NCBI RefSeq assembly: GCF_006345805.1
Contig: NC_043019.1
Span: forward strand, 25,357,360-25,421,359
Direction: 5' to 3'
Origin: Octopus sinensis
Taxonomy: Eukaryota
Length of the DNA: 64,000 nt
The notes beneath the pieces were generated by a model that did no database searches, was not told the origin of the DNA, and saw only the letters and a list, made by a program, of their open reading frames with translations. The translations under genes and the position numbers were made by a program. Shown piece after piece: positions 50,194 through 64,000 of the stretch; position 1 is the stretch's first letter, and each line of letters begins with the position of its first letter.

Positions 50194-52069
50194 TTTTTTT
50201 TTAAACTGATAACAAATCTTCAATTTTAAACCAATTGAAACAAGAAAAAAAAAGAAAATGTGTGTGTGGGGGGCATGGGGGTGGTAAGCAGCAAAAGATG
50301 GAGGTGGAAGGGAGTGATGTCCCCCATTGTTCCCTGAGCATACTATACACAAACACGTACACATCTACATGCACCTCTATACTGCACGCACACAGGAAGA
50401 ATGGCGTAGAAACAAGGTGAGAGAAAGACGGCAGCTAAGAAGAGAGCTGGTGTAGTGAGTAAGGAAGAAGACAATGTTTGTATGAGTGTATGATGGGTAT
50501 GGAGGAGGAGGAGAGCTGAGTAAAGATGTAGCATGGGCCGAAAGGGAATGAAACTTGTGGAAAGAGGGAGAGACAGAAAGCAATAATAAGTACATCATCA
50601 TCATCATCTGTCTTCCATGCTGTCATGGGTTGGATGGTTTGACCGGAGCTGGCAATGACTACGCCAAGCCCCACATTCTGTTTGGTGTGGATTTTATGCA
50701 GCTGGAAGTTCTTCCTGCTGCCAACCACTTTACAGAGTGGACTGGGTGCTTTTTTTATGTGACACCAGCACCAGCAAGGCCTGCTTTGGCATGGGTTTTA
50801 CAACTGGATGCCCTTCCTAATGCCAACCACTTTACAGAGTGTGCTCGGAGCTTTTTGTATGGCACCAACACAAGGGAGGTCTGTTTTGGCATGATTTTTA
50901 CTGCTGGATGCCCCAGCACAAACAGAGAACTGAATCGTAAAAGATTCATAAAGAGGAAAGGGTAGACCGCCATATCAAGAGAAGGGTTAGGAAATTCCAT
51001 AAAAGATGAGATTTTTTAAGGATCCAGTGTCCTGACATGTAACAGCCAAACTGGGCAGTCTCTTCAATGCCTCAATACTTCTGAAGTAAATGAATCTCTC
51101 CAGATTATTTGTATGATGAATATTCAGTTGAGTGATTCCCAACCCTTTTTTTTTTAATCTGTGGACCCCTTTGATTACTGTTTAACTCGGCTGGACCCTC
51201 ATAACCATTCCATGTTTTAAAAAATCCTTTTATATTTTTATAATTAAACATTAGGGATTTTGTAAATAAGATTATCAAAATATTTTGTGTATTGTAGAAG
51301 TATAACAAATTTGTTGCAGATAAATTTTAACAACAAAATCTTATGTGGACCCCTCACTGTCATGTGGACCCTGGTTGAGGGCCTCTGGTTTATTTGATCA
51401 AGTAAATTCAGTAGTCTTTGAATTAGTAGTAAGTGGCTGACTATACCGACTGTCATATACAGGGGCTCAGCTAGGGTAAATGGCGCCCAGAGCAAGCATC
51501 AAAATTGCACCCCACTTAAACTGGTGGGGATTTCAGCACATGCATTTTGTGAGGTCAAGTAAGAACACCTATTCTGTTCCAGTGGCATGGTTGGTGATAA
51601 GCAAAACAAACTATGCCTAAAAAAGATTAAAAATTTTTTATTAATGGCTTAATTAGAAAATGATCTTGGCTAAAATTGTGTCCTTGCTCAAAGTGGTGCC
51701 TAGGGCATGTGTCCTGCTTGCCCCACCCTAGCTACACTCCTTTTTACATAATTGTTGGACAGAATCAATGATACAGAGTGACAAAACTGGTGGAATCCAT
51801 CCAGTGAGTTTCTGTACAGTTTCCATCTCCCCAAAACACAGGATATTCCATATGGGTGGTACATGTACCACACTGATGAACTCACCTGTACAACAAAACA
51901 AAGCTAATATCAAGAAATGACCAACAAAATGACCACTTGGACATTCATGGGGCACAGGTTGTTGTTGTAGCAAGTTACAACCAGTTATTGCTATTACAGA
52001 CACAATCACACTGTCTCATTATATTGATTGGATTAATTCATCTGTAATGTCTGTCAATGACGACCAAGG

Positions 52070-52480
52070 ACAAAACAGGGGAGAAGACAGGGCACAGTGT
52101 GTCTGGCTGAGGCCAATCAGTATGTTTGGGAGGCTCTGCCGCAGTTCAAGCTGTGGTGGTTTGTTGTGACTAAACGCAGTGAGTTGGCTCTGAACATGCA
52201 CAGTTTGCATTTTCTTTGTGCATCTGCAATCCCGTTCTGTTTGTATGAGGTGACACCTCTGTTAGCGTAGCTTTGTCAGGCAGGGCAGTCTTGTGCTTGC
52301 ATTTCCCAATTGTTGGGGGTTGATCTCAAAGCTCTTTAGTGAGAGCTTCATGCTCTTGCTTTCCACCAATTCACAGAAAATCATTTGGCAAAACGAGGTC
52401 ACAGACACAGAGGTCCCACTCTCGAGTTGATCTGCCAAACATTTACTACTGAGGCAAGCACAAGCCAAGTGAGCCAGCCA
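52070..52480 (-). mobile_element. RTE (BovB-like) LINE ORF2 C-terminal fragment
   Basis: Minus strand, with frameshifts: KLSLKSFEINP / NNWEMQAQDCPA*QSYANRGV...ADAQRK...CGRA / IGLS, matching the LKxSLKxFxI..WE..A.DR..WR...C.R...IGL pattern. Confidence 0.65.
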
Positions 52481-52689
52481 CCTTGTTCAAATGCCCAACA
52501 TGCGACTCCTGATAGACTGCTTTTACAGCAAACTGGCAGATAATATCAACAACGATAGCAGAACAGCATCCGAACAAACACTAAATCTCCTTTCAGTCCA
52601 GACCAATAAGACAGTTGTATATACACAGAGTAACTGCAGCATGAATAATATTAACATTGTTAGCTGTAAACATTGCTGGGTTGTACAGC

Positions 52690-52730
<41 letters not shown>

Positions 52731-53259
52731 TTGTTACAGAGTTGCAGCGGATGTTATTTCTGAACCAAGTTAACTCTGATAACCTCTGTTGTGCCCACAG
52801 ACTGGACAGTAGAGCAAGAGAGAGACAGAGAAAGAGTACAGCATCCCCAGTCTTCCAGTCTGCATCGCATATAATTAACCACTGCATGTCCAAATGTGCA
52901 GTATGGCATGCAGCTTGCAGCTAGACGCAGTCTGATACTGTCGTGTTTCAGACACTGTGGCACACTCGGATTAGCTCTAGTTGTTAATCCAGTCGCCTAA
53001 AGCTGTTGTCGGTCTTTTTTTTTTTTGATTGGCATTGACCTGGGGTTATATAACAACAGCAACATGGCTACCCTGTGACACCCCTCCCCCCATCACACTT
53101 CGCTACCCCCCCACCATCCTGCTCTACATTGCACCATACCACTCCACTCCACCCACCTCCACATCTGTATATTTATCCTGTCTTCAGAGAAATGATGTTG
53201 AGTATTGGAAAATATATATTGTGAAGCCACTTGTCATAGCTGTAGCAACTATGGCCATG

Positions 53260-53291
<32 letters not shown>

Positions 53292-53452
53292 GATTGTTGT
53301 TGTTGTTGTTATTGTTAGTAGTGGTGGTGGTAGTAGTTGTAGTAGTAGTAGTGGTTGTGGCGGCAGCGATCACTTGCTTTTAGGGTGTGACAGATTTCTA
53401 ATTCTTTATGTAGATAATGTGTCATCCCGTCAGAAACGTGTGTGTGTGCGCG

Positions 53453-53504
<52 letters not shown>

Positions 53505-54494
53505 TATGTATACACATACATGCAGACACACATACACATGAGAGAGAGAGAGAGCAAAAGAGAGAGACATACTCATGTAGCCATCATTAACATGAGCAAT
53601 ATTGCAGTCCACATCATCATCACCATCATCACCATGATGTCATGCAGTGTTAATCAGTGACCATCACACCACTACCATCTCTACCACCACCACCGCTGTC
53701 TCTAGAGTCAACAATATTAGCACAATTGTCTGAAACTGACCCAGAGATTCTCTTGGACTCTTCCTGACCAATTACAATTCCAATGACCTGGATTTCTTTT
53801 GTTATTGTTTCTGTTTTGTTGCAGTCAGTGGTGCAGCATGGGGGAGGGAAAGAGGGCTATGGGGGTGCCAATCATACAGGGTGGCCACTTGGGTTGTCGT
53901 GGTGGTGGTGGCAGGGCCAGTTGGGAGATCAAATGTGTTGAAACTGTTATGTGGCTGAGTGGTTAAGGCACTCTCTTTTGCAACTGCTTGATTTTGAGTT
54001 CAATTCCACTGCACTGCATCTTGGTCTAGTGCCTTGTGCTGACTAGTGTCTTAGGCTGACTAGTGTCTTGTCAGTCAGTTTGATAGATGGAGACTGCATG
54101 GAAGCCCATCATGCGTGTAAAGCATTCATGGCAGTGCCACATGAAAGCATCCATGTGGAGATGCGAAAAAGTGCTCATATGCTTCCCTGTAAAAGCATCC
54201 ATGTGGCATCACATACAAGTGCCCATGTTGTGCCATGTGAAAGCACCCAGTGCCCTCTGTAAAGTAGTTAGCATTAGGAAGGGCATTCAGGTTCAAATCG
54301 AACCTGGTGCAGCTCCCCAGCTTGCCAGCTCTGATCACGCCATCCAATCCATGCCAGCATGGACAACGGACATTAAATGATGATAATGATGATGATGCTG
54401 ATATATATATATATATATATATATAATCTTCGGATTTCTTTAATATGCTAGGCCACTGGTTTTAATTGATTAATATCAATTTCTACCCTTATTC

Positions 54495-54531
<37 letters not shown>

Positions 54532-55978
54532 GTGTGTGTGTGTGTATTTGTATATCTGTGTGAGTCTTTGTGCACCTCCACTGCTTGTCAACCGTTGTTG
54601 CTTTGTTTATGTTCCTCTGACTTTGCAGTTTAGCAAAAGACTTGATAGAATAAGTCCTAAACTTTAAATGAAAGGGATTACTGGGGTGGGGGAGTGAGTA
54701 TCAATTTATTCAACTAAAACCTGCGAAGGTGGTGCCACAGCATGGCCACTGTGCAATGCCTGAAACAGAAGAAAAAGATTAAAGGAAGGGACCAATCAAT
54801 TTGTCTATTGCATAGGGTGGCCCAAACCTAAACTACATCAGTGGCCCCTTGTCACTTTTGATTGCAATGACTTGAGGACAATCTGAGTCAGGAAATATCT
54901 CTACTATTTTTGAAATAATGCACCTAAGAACTACATTGTCCAGTGTGGTCATTCTTGCTTCTTTTTAAGATGGCAGGGTGTAATTTAGCTTCTGTTTCTA
55001 GCGTGCTGAGTGATTCCATTGGGGTATTTTTATAGTAGGTAGAGGTTTGGAGGTGAATGACCGGTCGGAGGACCTTCACAATTTTGTAGTGCCTCTTGAC
55101 CACTCATACAACTGTCAACATCACCAGGTTTTCTGGGGGGGTAGGGAGTTGGAGATGGGATGGGATAGGATGGGGGTGGGGTGTACTGACCACTCATACA
55201 GCTGTCAACATCACCAGGTTTTCTGGGGAGAGGGGTTGGAGATGGAATGGGATAGGATGGGGGTGGGGTGTACAGCTATAACGAACTTCCTACTTGTAGT
55301 ACTACCCCCCCCCCCCAACAAACGCTCATGGCCCCCACCCCACCCCTCCACCAAATCTGTCACCGCCTCCACCACCACCACATGTACATAATTATCTTCC
55401 AGAAATTAATTGAAAAATCTACCGTAATAATGGGGTGTTTTGTTTGCAGTAGGAGAGACAATGACATCACAGCCCTGCAGCAGCAACCCCCCCCCCATAT
55501 CACTACCATCATCATAATCATCATCATCAGTGACAGTGGTGGTGGTGGTGGTGGTTTTGGTAATATGGAGTAACTAGAAAGACTGGCTAAATCTCCCTTG
55601 AGGCCCATTGCACATTGGATAATGTATTCCTAGATATATCATGCTTAATGGGGGGGAAAAATGTGATGGTCGTGTCTGGAATAACCATAATCGTAGGTCT
55701 GCTAAATCAGGGCACCACATACATTGCCACCATCACCACTATCATCACCACCACCACCACCACCACCAATAATAAAATCCTGTTTTAACACAACTTTATT
55801 AATTGTTTTAAAAAATGCTGACTGGTTAATTTCTACCAATGTGTGTACGCGTGTGTGTGTGTGTGTGTAATATATGTACATACGTGTTTATGTATAACTG
55901 TGTGTGCATATATTGGTGTGTGTGTGTGTGTGTGTAATATATATATATATATATATATAAATATATAATATATAATAT

Positions 55979-56052
<74 letters not shown>

Positions 56053-56531
56053 TGTGTGTGTGTGTGTGTGCATGTATAACTGTGTGTGTATAGGAATGTC
56101 TGTTTCTGAGTGTATATATATATGTGTGTGTATAAGAGTAAATATATATTTATGTATGTGTGTAATATACATATATACATATGTACATACACACACATAT
56201 ATATGTACATATATTTATGTACACACACACATATATATATATACACACATACATACATATGCGTATGGGTGTGAACATATGTATGAGCAAGTCTTTCAGC
56301 TTTATTCTATTTTTGCTGACCATTCCACCAGTTCAATCATTCACCACCACCACCACCACCACCACCACCACAACTGCTGCTGCTGCTCCTCCCCTCCTGC
56401 TGCTTCTGCCCCCCCCCCGCCACTCTCATTCTTTATTCTCTCCTTTATTATTTCTCCATTATTCTCCATCACTCCTTCCCTGGTTTTCTCATTTTTCTCT
56501 AGCACTTCTATCTCCCTCTCCACCCTCACTC

Positions 56532-56562
<31 letters not shown>

Positions 56563-56704
56563 ATCTCTCTTCTCTCACTCATGTGTCTTCCTCTTTCTCT
56601 CTCTTCTCCTTTCTTTGTATTCCTCTTTTATTTCTTCCTCTCCCTTGTCTTTATTTCTCCTTCATCTCTTCTTTCATTCTCATATCTTTGTCTCTCTCTC
56701 TCGC

Positions 56705-56747
<43 letters not shown>

Positions 56748-57104
56748 ATCTATCCTCTCCTACTTCTCTTTCTTACCCCTCCACCTATCCCCAACCTCTC
56801 AGTACATATCTATATTCAACCCTCTCTCTCTCATTACTAAACTACTGCAATAACTAAATCACATTTCCACAATCACTTAATGAAGAAAAAGAAAAAGAAA
56901 AAAACACGACTCTTTAACTGGTCAAGGATGAAGTCCATTAATTCACATTGGAAGTTTTAGATTCCTGTCTTTCTGCATGTCCATCTCATGTATGTATACA
57001 TATTATATATGCTTCTGTGTGTATATCTGTGTGTGTGTGTATATATATATATATATGCATGTGTGTAGTATATCCATTTCATGTATGTATGTATGTATTC
57101 GTTT

Positions 57105-57483
57105 ATTCTTTTACTTGTTTCTGTCATTTGACTGTGGCCGTGCTGGAGCACCGTCTTTAGTCAAGCAAACCGACCTCGGGACTTATTCTATCGGTGTCTT
57201 TTGCTGAACTGCTAAGTTACAGGGTATATAAACACACCAGCATCGGTTGTCAAGCAATGGTGGTGGGGATAAACATAGACACATACATACACACACACAT
57301 ACACACACACACACACACACACGATGGTCTTCTTTCAGTTTCCGTCTACCAAATCCACTCACAAGGCTTTGGGCAGCCCAAGGCTATAGTAGAAGACACT
57401 TGCCCAAGGTACCACGCATTGGGACCAAACCCAGAACCATGTGGGTTGGTAAGCAAGCTACTTACCACACAGCCACTCCTGCG
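57105..57483 (-). mobile_element. SINE family A copy
   Basis: Matches the family A reverse complement. Confidence 0.8.
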
Positions 57484-57488
57484 TATAT

Positions 57489-57534
<46 letters not shown>

Positions 57535-57922
57535 ATATATTATTCTATGTGTGTTTCTCTGTATGTATGGTTGTGTGGTTGTCATGTTTGGATGTCTTTT
57601 ATTTCGTCATTAAATTCTGTATTAAATTTCATATGTTTTAGCTGTGGTTTCCTTTCGTTTGCCTTCCATCATTTCAAAGGGTACCAGACAAATACTAGGG
57701 GTCCCTATTTCCATCCCTTAGAATTAGCAACCCAGGACCACTGATGAAATGCTTAGTAGTATTTTGCCTGTCACTACGTTCTGAGTTCAAACTCCACTAA
57801 GGTCAACTTCACCTTTCATTCTTTTGAGGTTGATAAATTAAGTACCAGTCAAACACTTGGGGATCGATATAATCGACTCATCCCCTCCATAAAAATTGCT
57901 GCCCTTATGGGAAAATTTGAGT

Positions 57923-57986
<64 letters not shown>

Positions 57987-59159
57987 CATCATCATTATTA
58001 TGCTGCCAAAGTCGACTTGGCCTTTCACCTTTTCAGGGTTGATAAATTAAGCATCGGTGAAACACTAGGCTCAATGTAATTGACTTAAGCCTCCTTCCAC
58101 ATTTCAGGCCTTGTGCTTTTAGTAGAAAGGATTATTATTATTATTGTTGGTCAATCTAACTGACTAAGCCCTGTCTTGTAAAGTTGCTGGCCTTGTGCCA
58201 AAATTTGAAACCATTATCAACATTCAGCTCTTTACTTTGTGAGTTCAAATGTGACTAAGTTCAACTTTGTCTTTCAACTTTCCTGGGTCGATAAAATAAA
58301 GTAACATACAATTACTGGAATGAGTGTGACTAAACCCTTTCCTTTTAAAGTTGCTGACCTTGTGCCAGATGAGAACTGATCATTTTCAATTTTGGCACAA
58401 GACCAAAGTTTTGTCTTTGAGGTGAGTCACAAGAAATGTTAAGAACTCAAAACTCAGTTCCTTGCTGTGTTTTAGTTTTATTTGTTCATAGTTCTTAGTT
58501 GAAATTTCCGTGAGACCATCTTCAAATTTTGCTCCCCACCCCACCGGGACTAATGGAATTCTGATTGATTTTTCACTAAGCTTATTTCTTTCCCCTTTCC
58601 CTATTTGTGCCACTGAGGCATCAAGAATGGTAAGGGAGGGGCACGAATTTTATTGCTTTTTTCCATTGTATTCGGCCGAGGTCAACTTCGCCGGTCATCC
58701 TTTTGGGTTCGACGAAATAAATACCAGTTATGTACTGAGGTCGGTGTAATTGACTTTTCTCCCCTTCCCCTCGAAATAGCTGCCCTTGTTTGTGGAAAAA
58801 TTTGCAGCCCTTATTTTGTTCCCTTGTTTTGAGTTCAGTTTCCTGCCTGAATCAACTTCACTTTTCATCTCTCTGAGAATGGCTTGAAATCAATGCCCAT
58901 GTGGCTGAGTACTCCACAGACACACATGCCCTTAACATAGTTCTCAGGGAGACACAGCAGTGTGACAAAGCTGTCCCTGAGTCAATTGGAGCAACAAGAA
59001 GTCAAGTGTCTTGCTCAAGGATGCAATGCCTTACCAGGAATTGAACTCCTGATCCTATGGTTGTCGGCCAAATACCCTAGCCACTAAGCCACGCACCTCT
59101 GAGAGTAATATGATTAAAAGTAACGAATTATATGACTGAATTAGTTTAATTAACAATGG

Positions 59160-59359
59160 CTCTCTCTCTCTCTCTCTCTCTTTCTTCTTCCCTCTCTCTT
59201 TCACTCTCTCTTTCTCCCTCTTTCTCTCTTTCTCTCTTTTTTCTATTTTTTCACTCTCTTTCTTTCTCTCTTTCACTCTCTCTCCCTCTATCTCTCTTTC
59301 TCTTTCACCATCTCTTTCTTTTTCATTCTCTCTTTATCTTTCTCTTTCTCTCTTTATCT

Positions 59360-59391
<32 letters not shown>

Positions 59392-59620
59392 TTCTATCTT
59401 TTTTCTCTTTCACTCCCATTCTCATTCTCTCTCTTTCTCTTTCACTCTTTCTCCCTCTCTCTCACACTCTCTCTTTCTTTCTCTTTCTCTCTTTCTTTCT
59501 CTTTTTCTCTTTCTCTTTTCTCTTTCTTTCTCTTTTACTCTCTCCCTCTTTCTCTTTTACTCTCTTTCTCTTTCACTCTCATTCTCTCTCTCTTTCTCTT
59601 TTACTCTCTCTCCCTCTCAC
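59160..59620. repeat. Polypyrimidine (CT/CTT)-rich low-complexity tract
   Basis: Directly visible. Confidence 0.9.
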
Positions 59621-60499
59621 TTGCTGTGTTCATATTTTAATGAACATACAGATTAAAACTACTCTACAAAGTCTAACTATAGTTAAAGGAAAGCTAGGAT
59701 CAGAAATAATTAATGGTCCCCTTTTTCCCTTCCCATCTTCTCATACCTTAACCCACCCTCCATCCCCAGCACAAAGCTGACACCTCTTCATTCCTTTGGG
59801 ATTCGTTATCTTAAGAACCTTAATTATGCTGACAGTACAAAAAAGCACCCAGTACATGCTGCAAGGTGTTACAAAGGGCACCCAGCCATAGAAACCACCC
59901 CTAAACTGAGACTGGAGCATGACAAGGTCCTTGGACCTATTGGATCCTGTCAAGCTGTCCAACCCATGCCAGCATGGAACACAGACGTTAAATGAAGAAG
60001 AAACTAACGACAAATTTAATCAAACCGTTTTAGTTGTTTTGGTTCGTAACAACCCTCTCCTATTCTCACTCCTACACAGTGTCATTGGGGTCAGTGTTTT
60101 TGTAAAGGTGTCAGGGGCCCAGTTTGTATGATATTCAACATTTGGTGAACTGTGATCTCGTGGTGCCTTGTTGCACCACTTTTGTGTTGCTAAAGTTCCT
60201 GGGAAATGTTAAGTGGAGTTTCCTATTTCTTTGCTGTCAACCTGAAACTCTTGTGTTTCTGTTCAACAACTTGTTGTAGTTGTTTAATCTCCACCCTTCA
60301 GTTCAGCTCTCATTTAGCCTTACATCACTCAATACAGACACTCCAACTCACAGGATCACTTGTTCACTATGCTTCTTAGCTAATGCTCTGTGAGATTTGA
60401 GGGAGATTTAGCTGCTATTTCTAGTAAGCTGCTCGACCACATGGTGGCTCCCTTGTTGGTTAATACAACTGTGTTGTTTGTTGGGGGTAGGGTATGTGG

Positions 60500-60765
60500 C
60501 TTCTTGGTGGGAGGTATATAATGTGCTCACCAAATGAAATCACCTTCAGCTTGGGTGGTATTGAACCCAATGCTCCGATGACAATAGGGATAACCTTTAT
60601 GTTTGACTCTTGTAGCTGCCACGTCTTAGCAATCTCAATTCTCAGGTCTCCATATTTATTGACCTTTCTCTTTCTTTCATGATTTTACGTTGATCTCTTG
60701 GCACTGCCACATCAATTATTAGGCACTCTTGTTTGTCCCTCCTAAAGGTTATTATATCTGGCCTT
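60500..60765 (-). mobile_element. R4/Dong-clade LINE restriction-like endonuclease domain fragment abutting (TTA)n
   Basis: Minus strand RPDIITFRRDKQECLIIDVAVPRDQR...KYGDLRIEIAKTWQLQESNIKVIPIVIGALGSIP carries the PD..D..KY..W..IPIVIGALG signature. Confidence 0.85.
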
Positions 60766-60777
60766 CATTTATTATTA

Positions 60778-60819
<42 letters not shown>

Positions 60820-62206
60820 TATTATTACTATTATTATTACTTTTATTATTATTATTAAGGCAGTAAGCTGCCAGAATTGGTTCTTTACATTTTGAGTTCA
60901 AATTCCACCAAGGTCAGCTTTGCCTTTCGTCCATTCAGGGTCAGTAAAATTGACCCCAGTTGAGCCCTGGATAGGTTGTCAATGTAACTGCTTAACACTG
61001 TTCACTTGAAATTTCAGGCTTTCTCCCTATAATAGAATTGGATAAGGGTGTTAAAAGAAGAAAAGCAAAATGTTCTAAATATCCCCCACCCCACCCCAGA
61101 CTAGCTACTATACTCCTAGGTTGGGTGGTGGTGATAGTGGGGTGGGGTGTTCTCTTTACTCCCTCTCCACCTCAACCCTCTTGTATATATTGTGCTTATG
61201 CAGGATGATATATAAATGGCAGGGGGTGGGGGAGGCATGTGGCTTAGAGGTCAGGGTAATCAGCTCCCAATTTTAAGGACCTGAGTTTGATTCCTGGCAG
61301 TGCATTGTGGCCTTCAGCAAGACTCTTTGACATTGGTCCAGTCCACTCACCTGGCAAAAATGAGATCTACCTGTAATTCAAAAGGGGGCCAGCTATCTCT
61401 TGTTCTGTGTCCTGCTGGCTCACCCTGAGAACTACCTATGGGGTACATGTGTCTGTGGGATACTCAGCCGCATTCACATTCATTCCACAAGTAGGCTGTT
61501 CTGTTGATTGGATCAACTCGAATCCACATTATCAGAACTGATAGATTACCAGTATATAACCTGGCAAGTATTTGGGTCTTTAACCTTTGACCTAAAAGCT
61601 CTTACTATGAAATGATGTGGCTGGGGTGGCCTTCATGCCTTTCTAATTCATGCTGGTATGGAAAAAGATTTGAAATAGTGATGAGGAGGAGGATGAAAGA
61701 CTGATCAGTATGTGCTTGATGAGATTGGTAATTATGATAAAAATGATGCTAATAACAATGATAATTAAAGGTGATTAATTAATTAGTATATAATTATTCC
61801 AATTGTTGGCATGTGAAATACCCAAATCAGAGGGTATTGACTTACCTGCTTTGTTTCATTGTAAATTAACGGGGCAGGGGAACATCAATGACTTGTTGAT
61901 AATACCTCACATACCTCCATAACCCCTCTCAGTACCTCTGATGTGTTTAATGTACCTTACATACCTCCTTGATCCCTCTCATTGCTTCTGATGTGTTACA
62001 TGGTTCATCTGAGAGAGAGAGAGAAAGAAAGAGAGAGAGAGCGAGCGAGCGAGTGAGTCACACTCAGTGAAGGCCTATCTCCTTACCCATTGTTACACCA
62101 CTTCCCTTCTAACAGAACATATTTACATTGGGATGGTTCTCTTGCAGTACACTACAGCAACCTCACTGCTACTGTGTTGGTTATGTTTAATATAAGTTAA
62201 CCAGTG

Positions 62207-62241
<35 letters not shown>

Positions 62242-62518
62242 CACACACTCACATGCACACACACACACATATACACCTATACAACTTTGTTTTCTCTCTG
62301 TAAAAGTTTGTATTTACATTCCTGTGTTTGTATATATGCTTATGTATATATGTGTGTGTGTGCGCGCGTATAGGAATATATGTTTATGGCAATATGCCTG
62401 CATCACGAAGTGGACATTTTACACACAAATATAAATATATATATACATACATATATATATACATGTCTATAACACACACACACACATATGTATAAATATA
62501 TACATACATACATACACT

Positions 62519-62554
<36 letters not shown>

Positions 62555-62863
62555 CTCATAATCTATATTTATCATCTAATGTTCACTTGTTCTGCAAGTG
62601 TGTGTGTGTGTGTGTGTATATATATACACTCACAATCTATATTTATCATTTAATGTTCACTTGTTCTGCAAGCATGTTGCGTTTATATGTGTGTCTATTT
62701 ATGTGTGCGTGTGTGTGTGTGTGTATACACATACGCACAAACACATATATATGCATACACACAAACACACACTTATATCGACATACCCACTGAAAGAAAG
62801 GTAAATATAGATATACTTGTGTATGTTTGCATGTCAATCTATATCTGTATATATATATATATA

Positions 62864-62900
<37 letters not shown>

Positions 62901-64000
62901 AATGAATATACATAGTTAGTTATTAGTCACTGCTGTAGTTGTATTGATTTTGTCTCATTGAAGTTCTTTCATAGCAACCATTCCACCAATTCCACCCCCA
63001 CCCCCCACTCCACCCTTCCCATGGATCTTTTCAACAATTCACCAATTTAGATTCCAGTGGATTCCTGTTTTTCTTTTTACGCTCCTCACTACTCCACACC
63101 ACACACCTCTCCTCTCTCTCTTGATTATTGTTCATGCTGTTGTTGTTATTGTTTTGAAGATTTGTCTTAGAAGCTACTCATCAACAGTTGTTTTGTTTTG
63201 ATTCTTATTCTTCTCACCCCTACTCTCTTCCCACCCCTCCTCTCACACACACACACACACACAAATGTTGCATACACACACTCATTCTTACATATACACA
63301 CACACACATACACATACTTTCTTACATACACACACATACATACATATTCAAATACACACATGCTCTCTCACACACACAATCTTGCATGCGCGCACACACA
63401 CACACACACTCTTGTACACGCGCATTCTCACACATACATACTCTTTCACATACGCACACACACTTATGCATGCACATCCCTTACATACATGCATGCATAC
63501 CATCTTACACATCCTCTATGTATACGTAGCTATACAACTATACACACACATCCATGCATAGATATGCACACACATCCATTCAGTCATTCCAACACACACA
63601 CACACACAAGCCATGTTGGCATGTGTCTCCTTTTCATTAGATAGATGTTATGCTTATATTACAGAAATCCCAAGATATTTCATGCTAAACATTCAAAACC
63701 AGTCAAGTGGAACTGTTTTTGTGTGGGTGTTTGTTGCAGTCAATGGAACAGTGACAGGGCCACCTTTTACATGCACACATACTTCCAATGGCATAAAAGG
63801 GGCCCTTTTTTTCTCCAAAAGAGTGTCTCAAAAATTTCCTCCTGGGTCCTTTATGCGAGATTGCTTTAAATATTACATGCTTTAATGCACTTAAAACCCC
63901 TTTTTCTCTTAACATATGTTGTTGAAATTGGGATGCATCTAAAATGCACATGCATCTATAATGCCATTAGATATGGTCTGTGTTTACACTGTCTTTTATC

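Noticed and set aside
49595-64000. Further neurabin exons (rest of coiled coil, SAM domain)
   Set aside because: No splice-bounded segment with family similarity was found by eye; probably a long intron, though a short or divergent exon could have been missed.

Overview
Eukaryotic, AT-rich, microsatellite- and SINE-dense DNA. The repeat landscape looks like an octopus (coleoid cephalopod) genome; this is inferred from repeat families I recognise, not from a search. The window holds eight + strand internal coding exons of a neurabin/spinophilin (PPP1R9-family) gene: PP1-binding RVxF region, PDZ domain, acidic linker and start of the coiled coil. All introns are GT-AG and all phases are consistent. 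The start and stop codons lie outside the window or were not found. The rest is intron filled with tRNA-derived SINEs, fragments of CR1, RTE, R4/Dong and Penelope retrotransposons, Tc1/mariner derivatives, MITEs and satellites. The best unexplained signals are structured RNAs in the introns. (1) Three hammerhead-ribozyme motifs: a canonical one on the - strand at 1940-2024, a minimal one with an intact core sense to the pre-mRNA at 31603-31648, and a decayed Penelope-type one at 3062-3107. (2) A pri-miRNA-like hairpin with correctly spaced basal UG and CNNC motifs at 24820-24894. (3) A mariner fold-back with ~250-bp arms ending 43 nt before an exon. Locally templated insertions and a 1.27-kb tandem duplication are also visible. 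All pairings were checked by eye only.
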